From assembly GCA_964461825.1 (NCBI GenBank), contig CAYWVJ010000003.1:1-41446 (forward strand): a stretch of DNA of 41,446 nucleotides, given 5' to 3'. This document shows, in pieces, positions 23,901 to 34,695 of the stretch (within the stretch, counting starts at the first letter, position 1; every line of letters begins with the position of its first letter). Below the pieces are notes generated by a model. It made no database searches and was not told where the DNA came from. It saw only the letters and a program-made list of their open reading frames with translations. The stretch comes from an uncultured Gammaproteobacteria bacterium (lineage in GTDB: Bacteria > Patescibacteriota > Microgenomatia > UBA10105 > UBA927). The position numbers and the translations under genes were made by a program.

Positions 23901-25202
23901 TTAGGGCATAAATGACTTTACCAGATCAATCACCTTTCCTGCAAGTCCTCTTATTTGCACTTTTTCTCCGATTTTTCCGAATCCCTTAAACACGCTGCCC
24001 GGCTCTTCAAAATTCCCCCGGGCGCCGTACAGCAGCAGCCCCACCGCAGCCGCATATGCAGGCGTCATGATTTCATCGATAAGACCGGTCACTTTTCTTG
24101 GAATGCCGATGTGCACCGGCATCGCGAGGTTTCTTCGTGCCGCTTCAACGGCGCCGACGGTCTGAGCACCGCCGCCGGTTACCACGATTCCCGACGGCGT
24201 CATGCCGCCGAAACCGCTCCGTTTAATTTCCAGTCCGGCCATCGTAAAAATTTCATTGAGGCGCGGTTTGATGATGCCCTCGACAAGCGTCCTTCGAGAA
24301 AGCATGTGCAGTTCCTCAGGAAGCCCGAGACGCGAGACGTCCAGCTCGTCATTTTTCTCGATTTTTGCCGATTTCGTCCTGTCCGCCTCATCGGGAACCG
24401 CGGGAACTTTCGGTGCCGCACCCAGCATGAGTTTAATTTTCTCCGCGCTCTCAAGAGAAACCCGTAAGCCTGCTGCCAGATCCTTCGTAATGTTTATGGC
24501 TCCGATCGGGATAACCGATGAGTATGAAAGCGCGCCCTCGACAAAAATCGCAACGTCCGTGGTGCCGCCGCCGATGTCAATAAGTACAACGCCCAGTTCC
24601 TTTTCCGTGTCGGTAATCGTCGCGATGGATGAAGCCAGTCCTCCGAACACCATTGCCGCAACGTCCACGCCCAACTCCTCGACGCATTTGCGCAGATTTC
24701 TTACCGCCGTGGTACCGCCGGTTACCAGATGCGTGTCAACCTCAAGCCGGACGCCCGTCATCCCGACCGGATCAACGATGCCCTCCTGACTGTCAACGAC
24801 GTACCCGCGCGGCAGAATGTGGAGAATTTCCCGCGAAGACGGAAGCGATACCGCTTTTGCCGCCTCCACTACACGCGCAACGTCATTGGGTCCTATTTCC
24901 TTGTCCGGTTCGGCGACCGCCACGACGCCGTGGGAATTCTGCGATGCAATATGCGCGCCTCCCACCGACAGCAGTGCGCGCGTTGCCTGCGTGCCGGCCA
25001 TCCGTTCGGCTCCTTCAATGGAAAGCGATATCGCAGCCGTTGCCTCCTCGATGTTCACGACCTGCCCCTTACGAAGACCGCGGCTTGCGACCGTTGCAAC
25101 GCCGATCACGCGCGGATCGCCTTCTTCGGGAACTGTGGCAATAAGGGTACTAATTTTACTCGTTCCGACGTCAATGCCGGAAACTATCTGGTCGCGCGCC
25201 AT
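23901..25202 (-). CDS. ftsA: cell division protein FtsA (actin-like ATPase)
   Basis: [36 protein letters not shown]. Located directly upstream of ftsZ. Confidence 0.92.
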   Translation of the reverse strand: MARDQIVSGIDVGTSKISTLIATVPEEGDPRVIGVATVASRGLRKGQVVNIEEATAAISLSIEGAERMAGTQATRALLSVGGAHIASQNSHGVVAVAEPDKEIGPNDVARVVEAAKAVSLPSSREILHILPRGYVVDSQEGIVDPVGMTGVRLEVDTHLVTGGTTAVRNLRKCVEELGVDVAAMVFGGLASSIATITDTEKELGVVLIDIGGGTTDVAIFVEGALSYSSVIPIGAINITKDLAAGLRVSLESAEKIKLMLGAAPKVPAVPDEADRTKSAKIEKNDELDVSRLGLPEELHMLSRRTLVEGIIKPRLNEIFTMAGLEIKRSGFGGMTPSGIVVTGGGAQTVGAVEAARRNLAMPVHIGIPRKVTGLIDEIMTPAYAAAVGLLLYGARGNFEEPGSVFKGFGKIGEKVQIRGLAGKVIDLVKSFMP

Positions 25203-25209
25203 AAAAAAA

Positions 25210-25875
25210 TCAAAAGGTTACAATTGGTTTATCAAACCGCACATCGATAACAGCGGGCAGTGTACCTTTTATTCTAAACCCCGCGATGAGCTGTTGTAAA
25301 GTAGCCAGCGTCCTGGGAACAGGTGTTGTCTGGGTAAATAGTATGGTTAGTTGCGCGGCATTTGCGCGTATGGTCCCGTCATCCGCAACGGTCAGGGACG
25401 CAATCGGAAGGATTTGCCGCATGCCGGCAAGAAACGCGAGGCTCTGCGTGATGCGCGGGTCTTCGATGCGCTGCCCTGTTCGTATCAACGGCACCGTGGC
25501 ATAGATGACCGGCAAACCGGCGCCGTACTCGTCCCCCAAAACAACGCCCGTTTCGTCCAGCGCCACGCGGCGGTTACCGGTCGAAAGCGCGGCAACCGAC
25601 TCGCGCAACCGCACGGCAACGACCAGCGTACCGGGATACTGTTTTTCAAACCGCAGATCCGCGAGCGCCGGATTCTCGCGCAGCAGTTCGCTGCGGAGTT
25701 TCGCAGAGGGGAAAAAGACGAGCGTTTTGGGCAGCCGTTTTTTATTAATTTCCAGCTGGATATTCGCGCCGGTCACGCGGATCGTGCGTATGATAAACAC
25801 CCTGTTTGCCAGAAAAAATGCACCGGTTAAAAAAAGCAGAAACAGGACGCTGTATCCGATACCCGCGCGAATCAT
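25210..25875 (-). CDS. ftsQ: FtsQ-type POTRA-domain cell division protein
   Basis: A single N-terminal TM helix, then a POTRA-like IRTIRVTGAN...LRFEKQYPGTLVVAV. Position is between murG and ftsA. Confidence 0.7.
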   Translation of the reverse strand: MIRAGIGYSVLFLLFLTGAFFLANRVFIIRTIRVTGANIQLEINKKRLPKTLVFFPSAKLRSELLRENPALADLRFEKQYPGTLVVAVRLRESVAALSTGNRRVALDETGVVLGDEYGAGLPVIYATVPLIRTGQRIEDPRITQSLAFLAGMRQILPIASLTVADDGTIRANAAQLTILFTQTTPVPRTLATLQQLIAGFRIKGTLPAVIDVRFDKPIVTF

Positions 25876-26948
25876 ACGCGCATGCCAAGAAGCGAGCGGA
25901 CTTCTTTCGCCAGGCGAGCCGCTCCGTCTCTTGGGATTGCCGGGGCAAGCGATTTTGCGCGGCGCAACAACGGGGAATACTCGCGTTCAACGCTGCGGAG
26001 GGCTGACAGAAGGGAATCGCCGGTTAACCCGGTCTGCGAAAGCACACGTGCGCCCCCGCGGTCGGCAAGCCACCGTGCATTTTGCTGCTGTTCATCCTGA
26101 CCGGACCACGGCAGCGGGACGAGAACCGCAACGGTACCGGTTGCCGCCAGTTCCAGTACGGTATTGGCTCCTGCCCTGCCGATCACGATGTGCGCATGAC
26201 GGTACAGCCACGCAAGTTCGTTTTCGGAAAAAAATTTTTTTGCAACGTACCGTTCAGTAATAAAATTATTCTGCTGCCAGTTTCCCGTCTGATGAACAAC
26301 GACGTATGTTTTCGTCAAAGTCTCAAGAACCGGTGCGATAATTTCGTTCAGTGACTGCGAACCAAGACTCCCGCCGGTTATGTACAGAAGTTTTGCGTCT
26401 GCATTTTTGCGGAGAACCGCCCGCCCCGGACTAAACAGCGCCCGCCGCATCGGTAGCCCGGTAACTACCGTTTTTGCAGCCGGAAAATCCGCTGCAGTCT
26501 CGGGAAACGTGACGCATATGCGCGTGGCGACAGCCCCGATGATTCTGTTGGCAAGGCCGGATGCTCTCGTTTGTTCGTGGGTTAATACCGGAACGCCGAG
26601 GATCCATCCGGCAAGTGCAACAGGCAGGCCGACGTATCCGCCGAAACTCACTATCACTGAAGGCCGCTGCATCAATACGTACCACAATGCCTGAATAAAA
26701 CCGATCGGAACCTTAAAAAGCGAAGGAATCGTATGAAACGTCAGCGTCCGCTGCAGTCTGCCGGCGCTGATCGGCAGGAACCGGATCCCCCGCTGCCGCA
26801 CCACGTCATACTCCGCTGCTGTGTGGCGCTTTCCTTCCACTGCGTATTTTCTGCCGATAAACGTGACCGCAATATCCCCGCCCGAAAGCTCATCCATAAG
26901 CGCCAGCGCTGGAGTAACGTGTCCGCCGGTAATGAATATGGTTTTCAT
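25872..26948 (-). CDS. murG: UDP-GlcNAc:lipid I N-acetylglucosamine transferase
   Basis: MKTIFITGGHVTPALAL, GGYVGLPV, ITGGSLGS, ELAATGTVAVLVPLP. ATGA overlaps at both ends. Confidence 0.9.
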   Translation of the reverse strand: MKTIFITGGHVTPALALMDELSGGDIAVTFIGRKYAVEGKRHTAAEYDVVRQRGIRFLPISAGRLQRTLTFHTIPSLFKVPIGFIQALWYVLMQRPSVIVSFGGYVGLPVALAGWILGVPVLTHEQTRASGLANRIIGAVATRICVTFPETAADFPAAKTVVTGLPMRRALFSPGRAVLRKNADAKLLYITGGSLGSQSLNEIIAPVLETLTKTYVVVHQTGNWQQNNFITERYVAKKFFSENELAWLYRHAHIVIGRAGANTVLELAATGTVAVLVPLPWSGQDEQQQNARWLADRGGARVLSQTGLTGDSLLSALRSVEREYSPLLRRAKSLAPAIPRDGAARLAKEVRSLLGMRV

Positions 26949-28030
26949 ACTGCCCGTTTACTGATATTAACAAGTATTCCCACTGCCGCAAGCATGATGA
27001 TGAGACTCGACCCCCCGTAGGAAATAAACGGCAGCGGGACGCCGGTCAGCGGCATAAGCGCGACCATAGCGGACAAATTGATGATCGTCTGTATCGCAAC
27101 CCAGGCAGTAATTCCCAGCGCAAGCAATTTTCCGAACGCATCGGGAATTCTGGCAACAATGCGGAATCCGCGGCCGATGAAAAGCACGAACGCGATGATG
27201 ACGGAGACTGCGCCGAAAAAACCGAGTTCCTCGCTGACGATCGCAAATATCGAGTCGGTATTTGCTTCGGGCAGGTATTCGTATTTTTGCCGCGATTGTC
27301 CGACCCCCAGACCGATCCAGCCGCCGGAGCCTATTGCCAGAATGGCCTGCCGGATGTGATACGACACGCCCTGCGGATCCGCGTTCGGCCGAAGGAATGT
27401 CGTCAACCTCGCGGCGCGGTACGGGGAGATGAGCGCAAACCCGATAACGCCAAGCGCGAGCACCGGGACCACGACGGCAAAATGCAAAAGCGGGGCGCCG
27501 GAGGCAAAATACAGTACGAGCGCGACGGCCACGATGATGCTGCCCGTTCCCAGATCCGGCTCGATAAGAATTAAACCGACGACCATGCCCAAAAGAAGCA
27601 CGAATGAGAAAAACCGTCCTCGCTCCTTTTGTGAAAACCATGCGGACAGGTAGACGATGAGCGTGAGTTTCGCAAGCTCCGCAGGCTGCAGAACGAAAAG
27701 GCCGAAGTTGAGCCACCGGTGTGCCCCCAGCGCCGCAACGCCTATCCCCGGCAGGAATACCGCAAGCAAAAGCACCATGGTCGCAAGAAGCAGCGGGAGC
27801 GCGAGCCGGTACCACACGCGGTAGTCAATGAACGAAAAAACGGTAAGCGCAATAAAACCCACGAGAAGCCATTTGAATTGTTCCTGCACGTAATAATACT
27901 GGTTGCCGAAATCACGGATCGCGATTGCCACCGACGAATCGTAGACCATAAGAATCCCGAACAGCGACAGCGTCACGGCGATCGCGATAATCCACCGGTC
28001 AGGTACGGATTTAGAGAAGTGAAACTTCAT
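26945..28030 (-). CDS. ftsW: SEDS-family lipid II flippase/polymerase FtsW
   Basis: SEDS motifs LQPAELAKL, EPDLGTG, LPEANTDSIFA, GVPLPFISYGGSS, in the murD-ftsW-murG context. Start trimmed to ATG 28030 (MKFHFSKS). Confidence 0.85.
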   Translation of the reverse strand: MKFHFSKSVPDRWIIAIAVTLSLFGILMVYDSSVAIAIRDFGNQYYYVQEQFKWLLVGFIALTVFSFIDYRVWYRLALPLLLATMVLLLAVFLPGIGVAALGAHRWLNFGLFVLQPAELAKLTLIVYLSAWFSQKERGRFFSFVLLLGMVVGLILIEPDLGTGSIIVAVALVLYFASGAPLLHFAVVVPVLALGVIGFALISPYRAARLTTFLRPNADPQGVSYHIRQAILAIGSGGWIGLGVGQSRQKYEYLPEANTDSIFAIVSEELGFFGAVSVIIAFVLFIGRGFRIVARIPDAFGKLLALGITAWVAIQTIINLSAMVALMPLTGVPLPFISYGGSSLIIMLAAVGILVNISKRAV

Positions 28031-29393
28031 GCTTAAATAGCTTCCCACGCTCCTTGTAATTGTGAAACATGTCAAATGATGCCGCAGCAGGCGACAACAG
28101 GACAACGTCACCGGGACTGCTTTCGCCCTGCGCGCGTTGCACAATCTCGTGCATGCTGCGTAATCCCGTAATAATTTTTCCTTTATAGCCGCCGGCTCTG
28201 GCCGCGGCCACGATCCTGTCCGTCATAAGGCCGATTGCGATAAGAACTTTTACGTTGCGTTTCGCGATTGCCCTGCCCAGCTGGGTAAAATCCGAGCCCT
28301 TCTCCGACCCTCCGGCAACAAGAATAACCGGCGCTTCAAACGACTCGAGCGCGGCAATTGCGGTTTCCGGCACCGTCGAAAATGAATCGTTGATGTACAG
28401 CACGTTCCCTACGGTAGCCACGGTTTCGAGTCTGTGTTCCAGGCCTTCAAAGACCATTGCGGCTTTCCGAACTGCAGGAAGCCGAACGCCCGCCGAAATG
28501 GCCGCAACCGATGCCGCTGCAATATTATCGAGGTTGTGCACGCCGCGCAGTTTCACTTCGCTGCGCGATACGATTTTTTCCGTACCTCCGGTCAGATGCG
28601 TATACACGGTGTCGTTTGCAACGTATGCGGCAGCTGCCCGATCCGTGCGGCTGAAAAATAAAACGCGGGCAGCCGTTTCTCCGGCAAACGACCTGCTCGT
28701 GGGATCATCCGCGTTAAGAACCGCCACATCGTCTTTTTTCTGGTACCTGACGACGGATTTTTTCGCCTCGACATAGGCCGCACGGGACTCGTGATAGTTT
28801 GAGGCGAGTTTATCCTGGTTTGCCAGGTGCTCCTGCGTTGTCCGCAGCACTACCGCAATATGCGGACTGGCAGCAAGATCTTCCAGCTGAAACGATGATA
28901 ATTCCAAAACAACCCAGTCCTCAGGCATTATTTTGCGCACCTGCGACAAAAGCGGCACCCCGACGTTGCCCCCGAGCCAAACTTTTTTTCCTCCGCGGGC
29001 AAGCATCCGCGCAATGAGCGTACTGGTTGTTCCCTTGCCCTTTGTGCCCGTCACGCCGATAATCGGCGCGCGGCAAAGTGCAAAAAATAGTTTCGTTGCG
29101 CTGGTTATTTCCTTTCCCGTTTTTTGAATAACGGCAAGCTCGGGGATCCGAAGGGACATACCCGGCGTACGGACTATGTAGTCAAAACGGTCAAGGTGCC
29201 GCAGATATCCCGGGCCCAGCTGAAAACCGTCAACGGCGCCGACCAGATCAGTGTAAGTTTGACCTAATTCTTCTTTCGTCCGTCGGTCGCAACCCCAGAT
29301 TTTTGCTCCCTCCCTGCGGAAAAATTTGACGGAATCCAAGCCCTCAACCGACAGCCCGAGTATTGCAACAGATGTTCCCTTAAATGCTGACAT
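28011..29393 (-). CDS. murD: UDP-N-acetylmuramoylalanine--D-glutamate ligase
   Basis: VAILGLSVEGLD Rossmann start and P-loop GVTGTKGKGTTS, with Mur-ligase middle and C-terminal domains. Start at ATG 29393. Confidence 0.9.
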   Translation of the reverse strand: MSAFKGTSVAILGLSVEGLDSVKFFRREGAKIWGCDRRTKEELGQTYTDLVGAVDGFQLGPGYLRHLDRFDYIVRTPGMSLRIPELAVIQKTGKEITSATKLFFALCRAPIIGVTGTKGKGTTSTLIARMLARGGKKVWLGGNVGVPLLSQVRKIMPEDWVVLELSSFQLEDLAASPHIAVVLRTTQEHLANQDKLASNYHESRAAYVEAKKSVVRYQKKDDVAVLNADDPTSRSFAGETAARVLFFSRTDRAAAAYVANDTVYTHLTGGTEKIVSRSEVKLRGVHNLDNIAAASVAAISAGVRLPAVRKAAMVFEGLEHRLETVATVGNVLYINDSFSTVPETAIAALESFEAPVILVAGGSEKGSDFTQLGRAIAKRNVKVLIAIGLMTDRIVAAARAGGYKGKIITGLRSMHEIVQRAQGESSPGDVVLLSPAAASFDMFHNYKERGKLFKHEVSLL

Positions 29394-30171
29394 ACGATAC
29401 GACCGTTGGTTTCGCCAGAAGCAGCGACGCGACGCGGGACAGCGAGGCATCCGCTTTTGTCGAATAAAATACGCGATGAGCCCGGCCTCTCAACGCTGTG
29501 ATCTTATTGTGCGTCAGAATTCTGTCCACATGCCGCGCCACCGCACCTCCGGAATCCAAAATCCGGATATGCTTCCCTACTATAGCACGGATCGCGCGGC
29601 GCAAAAACGGATAATGCGTGCATCCCAATACCACGATGTCAATGTGCGCAAGGATTGACGGCGCAAGAATGCTGCGCAACTCTTTTTCTACCGCCGGATG
29701 GGTACACTGTCCCCGTTCTACATAGTCCAAAAGATTCGGACATCCCAGATTATATACGTGCGCGTGAGACGCGAATTTTTTAATTAACTCCCGCTGATAA
29801 TCGCTTTTCGATGTGAATACCGTCGAAAGAATTGCGAATGCTTTTTTTTCCGACTGGCTGCCCGCTGTTTTGACAACGGGAACAACCCCGATAATCGGAA
29901 TGGTCGGGAACCATGACCGGTATACGTCGATACCCGCAATCGTCGCGGTATTGCACGCAATGACGATCATTTTAGCGCGTTTTGTCAACAGGAACGTTAT
30001 AAGCGCGCGCACTCTGCTGCGGATTTCCCGTTTCGATTTGCCGCCGTACGGAAGATATGCGTGATCTCCGACGTATACGGTCGATTCGCCCGGCAAAAGC
30101 TTTACGATACTTTTGTATATGGAAAGTCCGCCGAATCCGGAATCCACGATACCGATGGGTGCGTTTTTCAT
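29380..30171 (-). CDS. murI: glutamate racemase
   Basis: IGIVDSGFGGLS, IACNTAT and LGCTHYP (the two catalytic Cys motifs). Confidence 0.9.
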   Translation of the reverse strand: MKNAPIGIVDSGFGGLSIYKSIVKLLPGESTVYVGDHAYLPYGGKSKREIRSRVRALITFLLTKRAKMIVIACNTATIAGIDVYRSWFPTIPIIGVVPVVKTAGSQSEKKAFAILSTVFTSKSDYQRELIKKFASHAHVYNLGCPNLLDYVERGQCTHPAVEKELRSILAPSILAHIDIVVLGCTHYPFLRRAIRAIVGKHIRILDSGGAVARHVDRILTHNKITALRGRAHRVFYSTKADASLSRVASLLLAKPTVVSYVSI

Positions 30172-30184
30172 GCTTCTGAAGGGT

Positions 30185-31231
30185 TTACACCGCCGGAATC
30201 CTCGTTAATAGCGCGATCCAGAGCCCGAACAGCGCGAAGATTACCGAAATCACCCACAGCCGCATGACGATTTTGGGTTCCGGCCAGCCTTTATACTGGA
30301 GCCATAGGTGAAACGGTGCAACGACGAATGCTTTCCGGTTGAAAAATTTTTTCCACGTCAGCTGGATGAGCGAGGAAGCGACTTCCACGACGAATACCCC
30401 GCCGATAACTACGAGCGCCGGGGCTTTGCCCAGAATAAGCCCCACAACCGCCATGGTCGCGCCGAACGACAGCGCACCCACGTCGCCCAGAAATATGCGC
30501 GCCGGATAAATGTTGAAGTACAAAAACGCGATGAGACTCCCGAGCCATATTGCAAGAAAAATGGACAGCGGCGTGTCTAAAATGGAGCCGGAAATAAACC
30601 AGAAGGCACCAAGCCCGATCATGAGTATGCCCGACGCCAGCCCGTCGAGCCCGTCGGTGATGTTAAACGCATTGGCGAATGCGATGATGACGAACGTTGA
30701 AAACGGCAGGTACCACCAACCTAACCGGAACACGCCCAGAAACGGCACGTAAAAAATGTCGATCTTAAGATCAAGTATGAGCCAGAAACTGATGACCGCA
30801 GCAATGATGATTTCCAGTATGAGTTTGTGCCGGAGCCGCAGTCCGAAAAATTTCGAGCTGTAGCCGAACGTTTTTTTGACGTCGTCCAACAGTCCGAGCG
30901 CGCCGAACGAGAGAAACGTAAATAACAGAATTTTTATCTCGCTTCCGATCGGATATACCGCGGTAACCGGAAGCCAGAAGTACCGCATGAGCGCGAGGGT
31001 GAGCGGGAAAAAGAGCGTCGTCAGAAGGATAATAAGGAGCCCGCCCCCGACCGGCGTTCCGGCTTTTTTCTGATGGAACCGGTCAAAGATCGGCGTCCGT
31101 TTGTTGAATGCGTCGCGCGTCTCCTGCTTCAGGCGCTGCATCCGCCATATGTAAAGAAGCCGGATAAACGGTATGTATAAAAGGCTTGCGGTTAGCCACG
31201 AAAAAAGGACGAGGCCGAGCAAAAATACCAT
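30185..31231 (-). CDS. mraY: phospho-N-acetylmuramoyl-pentapeptide transferase
   Basis: Polytopic, with LLDDVKK, NAFNITDGLDGLA and GDVGALSFG motifs. Start at ATG 31231, 4 nt after the dgkA stop. Confidence 0.9.
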   Translation of the reverse strand: MVFLLGLVLFSWLTASLLYIPFIRLLYIWRMQRLKQETRDAFNKRTPIFDRFHQKKAGTPVGGGLLIILLTTLFFPLTLALMRYFWLPVTAVYPIGSEIKILLFTFLSFGALGLLDDVKKTFGYSSKFFGLRLRHKLILEIIIAAVISFWLILDLKIDIFYVPFLGVFRLGWWYLPFSTFVIIAFANAFNITDGLDGLASGILMIGLGAFWFISGSILDTPLSIFLAIWLGSLIAFLYFNIYPARIFLGDVGALSFGATMAVVGLILGKAPALVVIGGVFVVEVASSLIQLTWKKFFNRKAFVVAPFHLWLQYKGWPEPKIVMRLWVISVIFALFGLWIALLTRIPAV

Positions 31232-31235
31232 ATGA

Positions 31236-31592
31236 TTATTTGAAATACGGCAGAAACACAAATACCGCAACCGCCACCGCCCCGGCAGCAGTCACGAGCA
31301 TCATGCCCGCGGACACGTCTTTAGCAATTTTAGCCTGTTGCCGCCATTCAGTCGTAATGAGGTCGGTCATGGATTCGAGCGCGGTATTGACCAGCTCGGC
31401 GGAAAGCCCCAGCACGATCGTAAAAACGATCAGCACCCACTCGTAGCGCGTAATGCCAAGGTACGCCGACAGGAATACGGCCAGCGCCGCAAGAACCAGA
31501 TGTACGCGGAAATTCGGCTGCGTTTTTATCGCCCACCACAAACCCGCAAATGCGTTTCGAAACGAAATGGCGTGTTTTCGCATTACCCTCAA
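31236..31592 (-). CDS. dgkA: DgkA-family lipid kinase (diacylglycerol/undecaprenol kinase)
   Basis: FRNAFAGLWWA...NFRVHL...SAELVNTALE...AKDVSAG matches the prokaryotic DAGK family. The listed start is a TTG overlapping the upstream stop. ATG 31583 is an alternative. Confidence 0.8.
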   Translation of the reverse strand: MRVMRKHAISFRNAFAGLWWAIKTQPNFRVHLVLAALAVFLSAYLGITRYEWVLIVFTIVLGLSAELVNTALESMTDLITTEWRQQAKIAKDVSAGMMLVTAAGAVAVAVFVFLPYFK

Positions 31593-32491
31593 GTATACCC
31601 CCTGAGCTTTTTCCGCACAAGTTCAACCGCCCGGGAAATGCGGTACAACGGTGACAGCTGCAGATCCTGTGCGTGAATAAAGCGTATCTCACGGCCTCCG
31701 AAGCCTTTTTTGAACACCGTTAGTCCCCGCCATGGATGTGATATACCGTCATCGGGCGCAATTCCCCAGAAATTGTACAGTTTTTTCCCCCGATTTTTTG
31801 CGTCACGGATCGCCTGCCACTGAATGGCGTACGATGCAGGGATTGTTGTTTTTACCGATGCGCCGTGCCGGTAAATCGCCTCGCTGCCGAAATCCGTGAT
31901 AACCGCCGCCGCCAAATCCTCCCCGCCGGCAGACGCGACATAACAGATTCCGCCAAACGTTTCATGCTCCTCTAAAATACCCTTGTGCTGTATGAATCCG
32001 TGCCGTTTACTCGTTTCGCCGTAGAGACGGAAAAACCTTTCCAGATTTTTTGTTTTCTGGACGCGTATGCCATGCGCGTGCCTTATTTCATAGCGCGTTG
32101 ATTTACGCATGCCGGCAAGCAGTTCCTCTTCGCTTTTGTCCAGATCCAGGACCCAAGAAATCTCCGCGTCCATCGCGTGAATCGGCGCCGGAACAAACCC
32201 TTTTTCACTAAATGCGGAAATCTGAGGACTGATCCGTATAAACCATGCCCCCTCCTGCCGTGCCAACCGTTTTAAATCCGCGACATGAATTTTTCCTACC
32301 GGTCCGTGTCGCACATGCAGGAATATACCGCGTTTCGCTGCAACTTTGACGACCTGCGCCACGGCATCGTTCCATTCCAGCCGCCACACCCTGTGGCCTA
32401 ATTTTTTTTCGACCTCTCCCCACTCCCATGACTGAAACAGCGCATGCGGCGCGTGCTCCCGCACGAAGGTATTCCATTCAGTTTTATTCAT
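31589..32491 (-). CDS. FemAB-family peptidoglycan aminoacyltransferase
   Basis: FQSWEWGEVEKKLGH at the N-terminus. Acetyltransferase-fold duplication of ~300 aa, with a C-terminal YNFWGI...GLTVFKKGFGG. Confidence 0.7.
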   Translation of the reverse strand: MNKTEWNTFVREHAPHALFQSWEWGEVEKKLGHRVWRLEWNDAVAQVVKVAAKRGIFLHVRHGPVGKIHVADLKRLARQEGAWFIRISPQISAFSEKGFVPAPIHAMDAEISWVLDLDKSEEELLAGMRKSTRYEIRHAHGIRVQKTKNLERFFRLYGETSKRHGFIQHKGILEEHETFGGICYVASAGGEDLAAAVITDFGSEAIYRHGASVKTTIPASYAIQWQAIRDAKNRGKKLYNFWGIAPDDGISHPWRGLTVFKKGFGGREIRFIHAQDLQLSPLYRISRAVELVRKKLRGYT

Positions 32492-33015
32492 AATCTGAAT
32501 TCTTCCCCATGTCCTGATAATATGCGAGTCCCTTTTGGATGGGAACGGATTTTTTTGAGAGAATCTGACAATTTTATCGGATCCGAATACGAAAAGTCCG
32601 TGCGGCCTACGGCGCCGCCTGCGAATACGGTATCTCCGACGACGAGCGAGTTGCCCAACGGAAGACAGATGCTTCCCGGCGTGTGACCCGGCGTATGGAT
32701 AAACCGGATGCTTCGGGGAATTGCCGTCGGCTGCGGCGGCGGATCAACGGTCTTAAGACCCAAAAAATGTTTTGCCGACGACTGCATGTGCCGCAGGAGG
32801 AAAAAATCATCGGGGTGCATGTAAAACGGAATGTTGTATGCAAGCTGCAATGCGTATGCCGCCATGACGTGGTCGAAGTGTCCGTGCGTTGCGATGATCA
32901 TCCGCGGATTTTGTACGTGCGCCATGATATATTCCGCATCGTCACCGGGATCGATAATCACCCCGTCTGCGATATAACAATTTGTCCGCATTTGACCTAC
33001 GACAAGAGTTTCCAT
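32488..33015 (-). CDS. MBL-fold metallo-hydrolase
   Basis: THGHFDH (HxHxDH), followed by HTPGHTPG and the later His/Asp ligands. Confidence 0.8.
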   Translation of the reverse strand: METLVVGQMRTNCYIADGVIIDPGDDAEYIMAHVQNPRMIIATHGHFDHVMAAYALQLAYNIPFYMHPDDFFLLRHMQSSAKHFLGLKTVDPPPQPTAIPRSIRFIHTPGHTPGSICLPLGNSLVVGDTVFAGGAVGRTDFSYSDPIKLSDSLKKIRSHPKGTRILSGHGEEFRL

Positions 33016-34049
33016 ATGCGTTTTGCCTCACTAACGGAAATCCGTGTCGGAAGATTGACGACGTGCGCGCTTATTTTTTCCGCGTTCGGACATGAACCGC
33101 GGGGATACGCAGGGTCAGCCGGATCAATGACGTTGTGATACCAATTTCCCAGAAGAATGCCGTATTTTTTTAAACGATTAATAACCGGTTTCGGATTGTC
33201 AACGCGTACGGGAAAGCGCAAATACGGCTGTTTATTCCCATATACCGCGCTTATCGCTTCCCGCTGTTTTGTATACCTGTCCAATTTTTTCAGCTGATTC
33301 GTAAGCAGCAGCGCGAGCGCATTCGGATATTTTCTGGGGACCGGTGAGACGTCGTTCGGTTTTGAGAGCAGCCCGGTTTTCTGCAGCAGCACGAGGAGAA
33401 CTTTCCCCAGTCCGATCCGGTACGTCGGTAAAATGACGGCAAAAAGAACCGGATGCAAAAGCTGCCGGAAAATCCAAAAATGCGGCGGGTACGCAAGTTT
33501 TTTCTGAAACGCCTTCAACTTAACGCCGACGGCCATCCCCCCGAAAACGCTCGACAGCACTTTGTCCCGTCCGAAACTGTAAAATCCCGCATCGCCCCGA
33601 AGCGGCAGGTGCATCGCATGGGCAAAATCCTCGATAATCTTTACCTTACATTTTTTAATCTCTTCGATGTTTGCTGAAATTCCAAACGTGTGCTGGACGA
33701 TAATGGCTTTCGTTTTTGGCGTTATTTTTCTCTTTACATCCGTCAGGGACATGGTGTACGTTTCATCGATATCCACAAATACCGGTGTGGCACCGGTCGC
33801 GCGTACCGCATCCGGAACGGCAACGCACGTAAACGCCTGACAGATAACCTCGTGTCCGCGGCCGATACCAAACGACCGAAGGATGGCAAAAAGCGCCCCC
33901 CGGCCGCTGTCAAACGCAGTGCCTCCGAGTTTTTCCTCAACGCGCCGGACTGCCGCGCCGTGCTTCCAGCGCCACGGGCAGAAGAGAAGCCGCAGCGCAA
34001 GCCACACGTCATCCGGTTCGGTATTAGGAGAGAGACTGCAGGAAATCAT
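32997..34049 (-). CDS. DegT/DnrJ/EryC1/StrS-family (PLP sugar aminotransferase-like) protein
   Basis: GHEVICQAFTCVAVPDAVRATGATPVFVDID and YSFGRDKVL (candidate PLP Lys). Start set at ATG 34049 (MISCSLSP). Confidence 0.65.
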   Translation of the reverse strand: MISCSLSPNTEPDDVWLALRLLFCPWRWKHGAAVRRVEEKLGGTAFDSGRGALFAILRSFGIGRGHEVICQAFTCVAVPDAVRATGATPVFVDIDETYTMSLTDVKRKITPKTKAIIVQHTFGISANIEEIKKCKVKIIEDFAHAMHLPLRGDAGFYSFGRDKVLSSVFGGMAVGVKLKAFQKKLAYPPHFWIFRQLLHPVLFAVILPTYRIGLGKVLLVLLQKTGLLSKPNDVSPVPRKYPNALALLLTNQLKKLDRYTKQREAISAVYGNKQPYLRFPVRVDNPKPVINRLKKYGILLGNWYHNVIDPADPAYPRGSCPNAEKISAHVVNLPTRISVSEAKRIWKLLS

Positions 34050-34695
34050 AGATTGCTCCGACAAATTCTTTCGGTTTTTTATAGGAAACACCGTGATCTG
34101 CACCGGCAATGACGATAAGTTTTGCGTTGGCAATCGTTTTGCGCATTTTTTCTGCAATCCATACCGGCGTTATCCTGTCGTTTGCTCCCCACACCAGCAG
34201 CGTCGGTACGCGGACCGCCTTCATGTAACCGGCCAAATCTTCACCCACGACGTTTTTAAACGTTTGTTTCATCGCACCCTGTGCTCGCAGATAGTCGCGC
34301 GCTCCGGAAAGCCAATAATAGGAATTACGGATGCCCGCGAAATTAAAAAATAATTTCCCGGCTTTTGCAAACAGAATAAATATTTTTTTGACAAACGGCG
34401 TAAATCCCGGCGTTCCGGTAAGAATGAGTGCCCGCACCGGATGGCGCGATTGATATTGTAACGCAACCCGGCCGCCGAACGAATGACCAAGCAGCACGGG
34501 GTTACGTATTGAATGTTTTTGTACGTACCGCCGCAAAAAATCGACGTAATCGGAAAGCACGTAAGGCTTTGTTTCATCCTTCGGAAAATCCACGGCAAAC
34601 GCGGTAATACGTTTTTTCTCCAATGCACCGATAAGCGCGCGGTACGTGCCGCCGGACAACCCCCACCCGTGGAGAATGACAACCGGCCGTATCAT
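34024..34695 (-). CDS. alpha/beta-fold hydrolase
   Basis: VVILHGWG, nucleophile elbow GHSFGG, and a late ADH (His). 223 aa. Confidence 0.8.
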   Translation of the reverse strand: MIRPVVILHGWGLSGGTYRALIGALEKKRITAFAVDFPKDETKPYVLSDYVDFLRRYVQKHSIRNPVLLGHSFGGRVALQYQSRHPVRALILTGTPGFTPFVKKIFILFAKAGKLFFNFAGIRNSYYWLSGARDYLRAQGAMKQTFKNVVGEDLAGYMKAVRVPTLLVWGANDRITPVWIAEKMRKTIANAKLIVIAGADHGVSYKKPKEFVGAIYDFLQSLS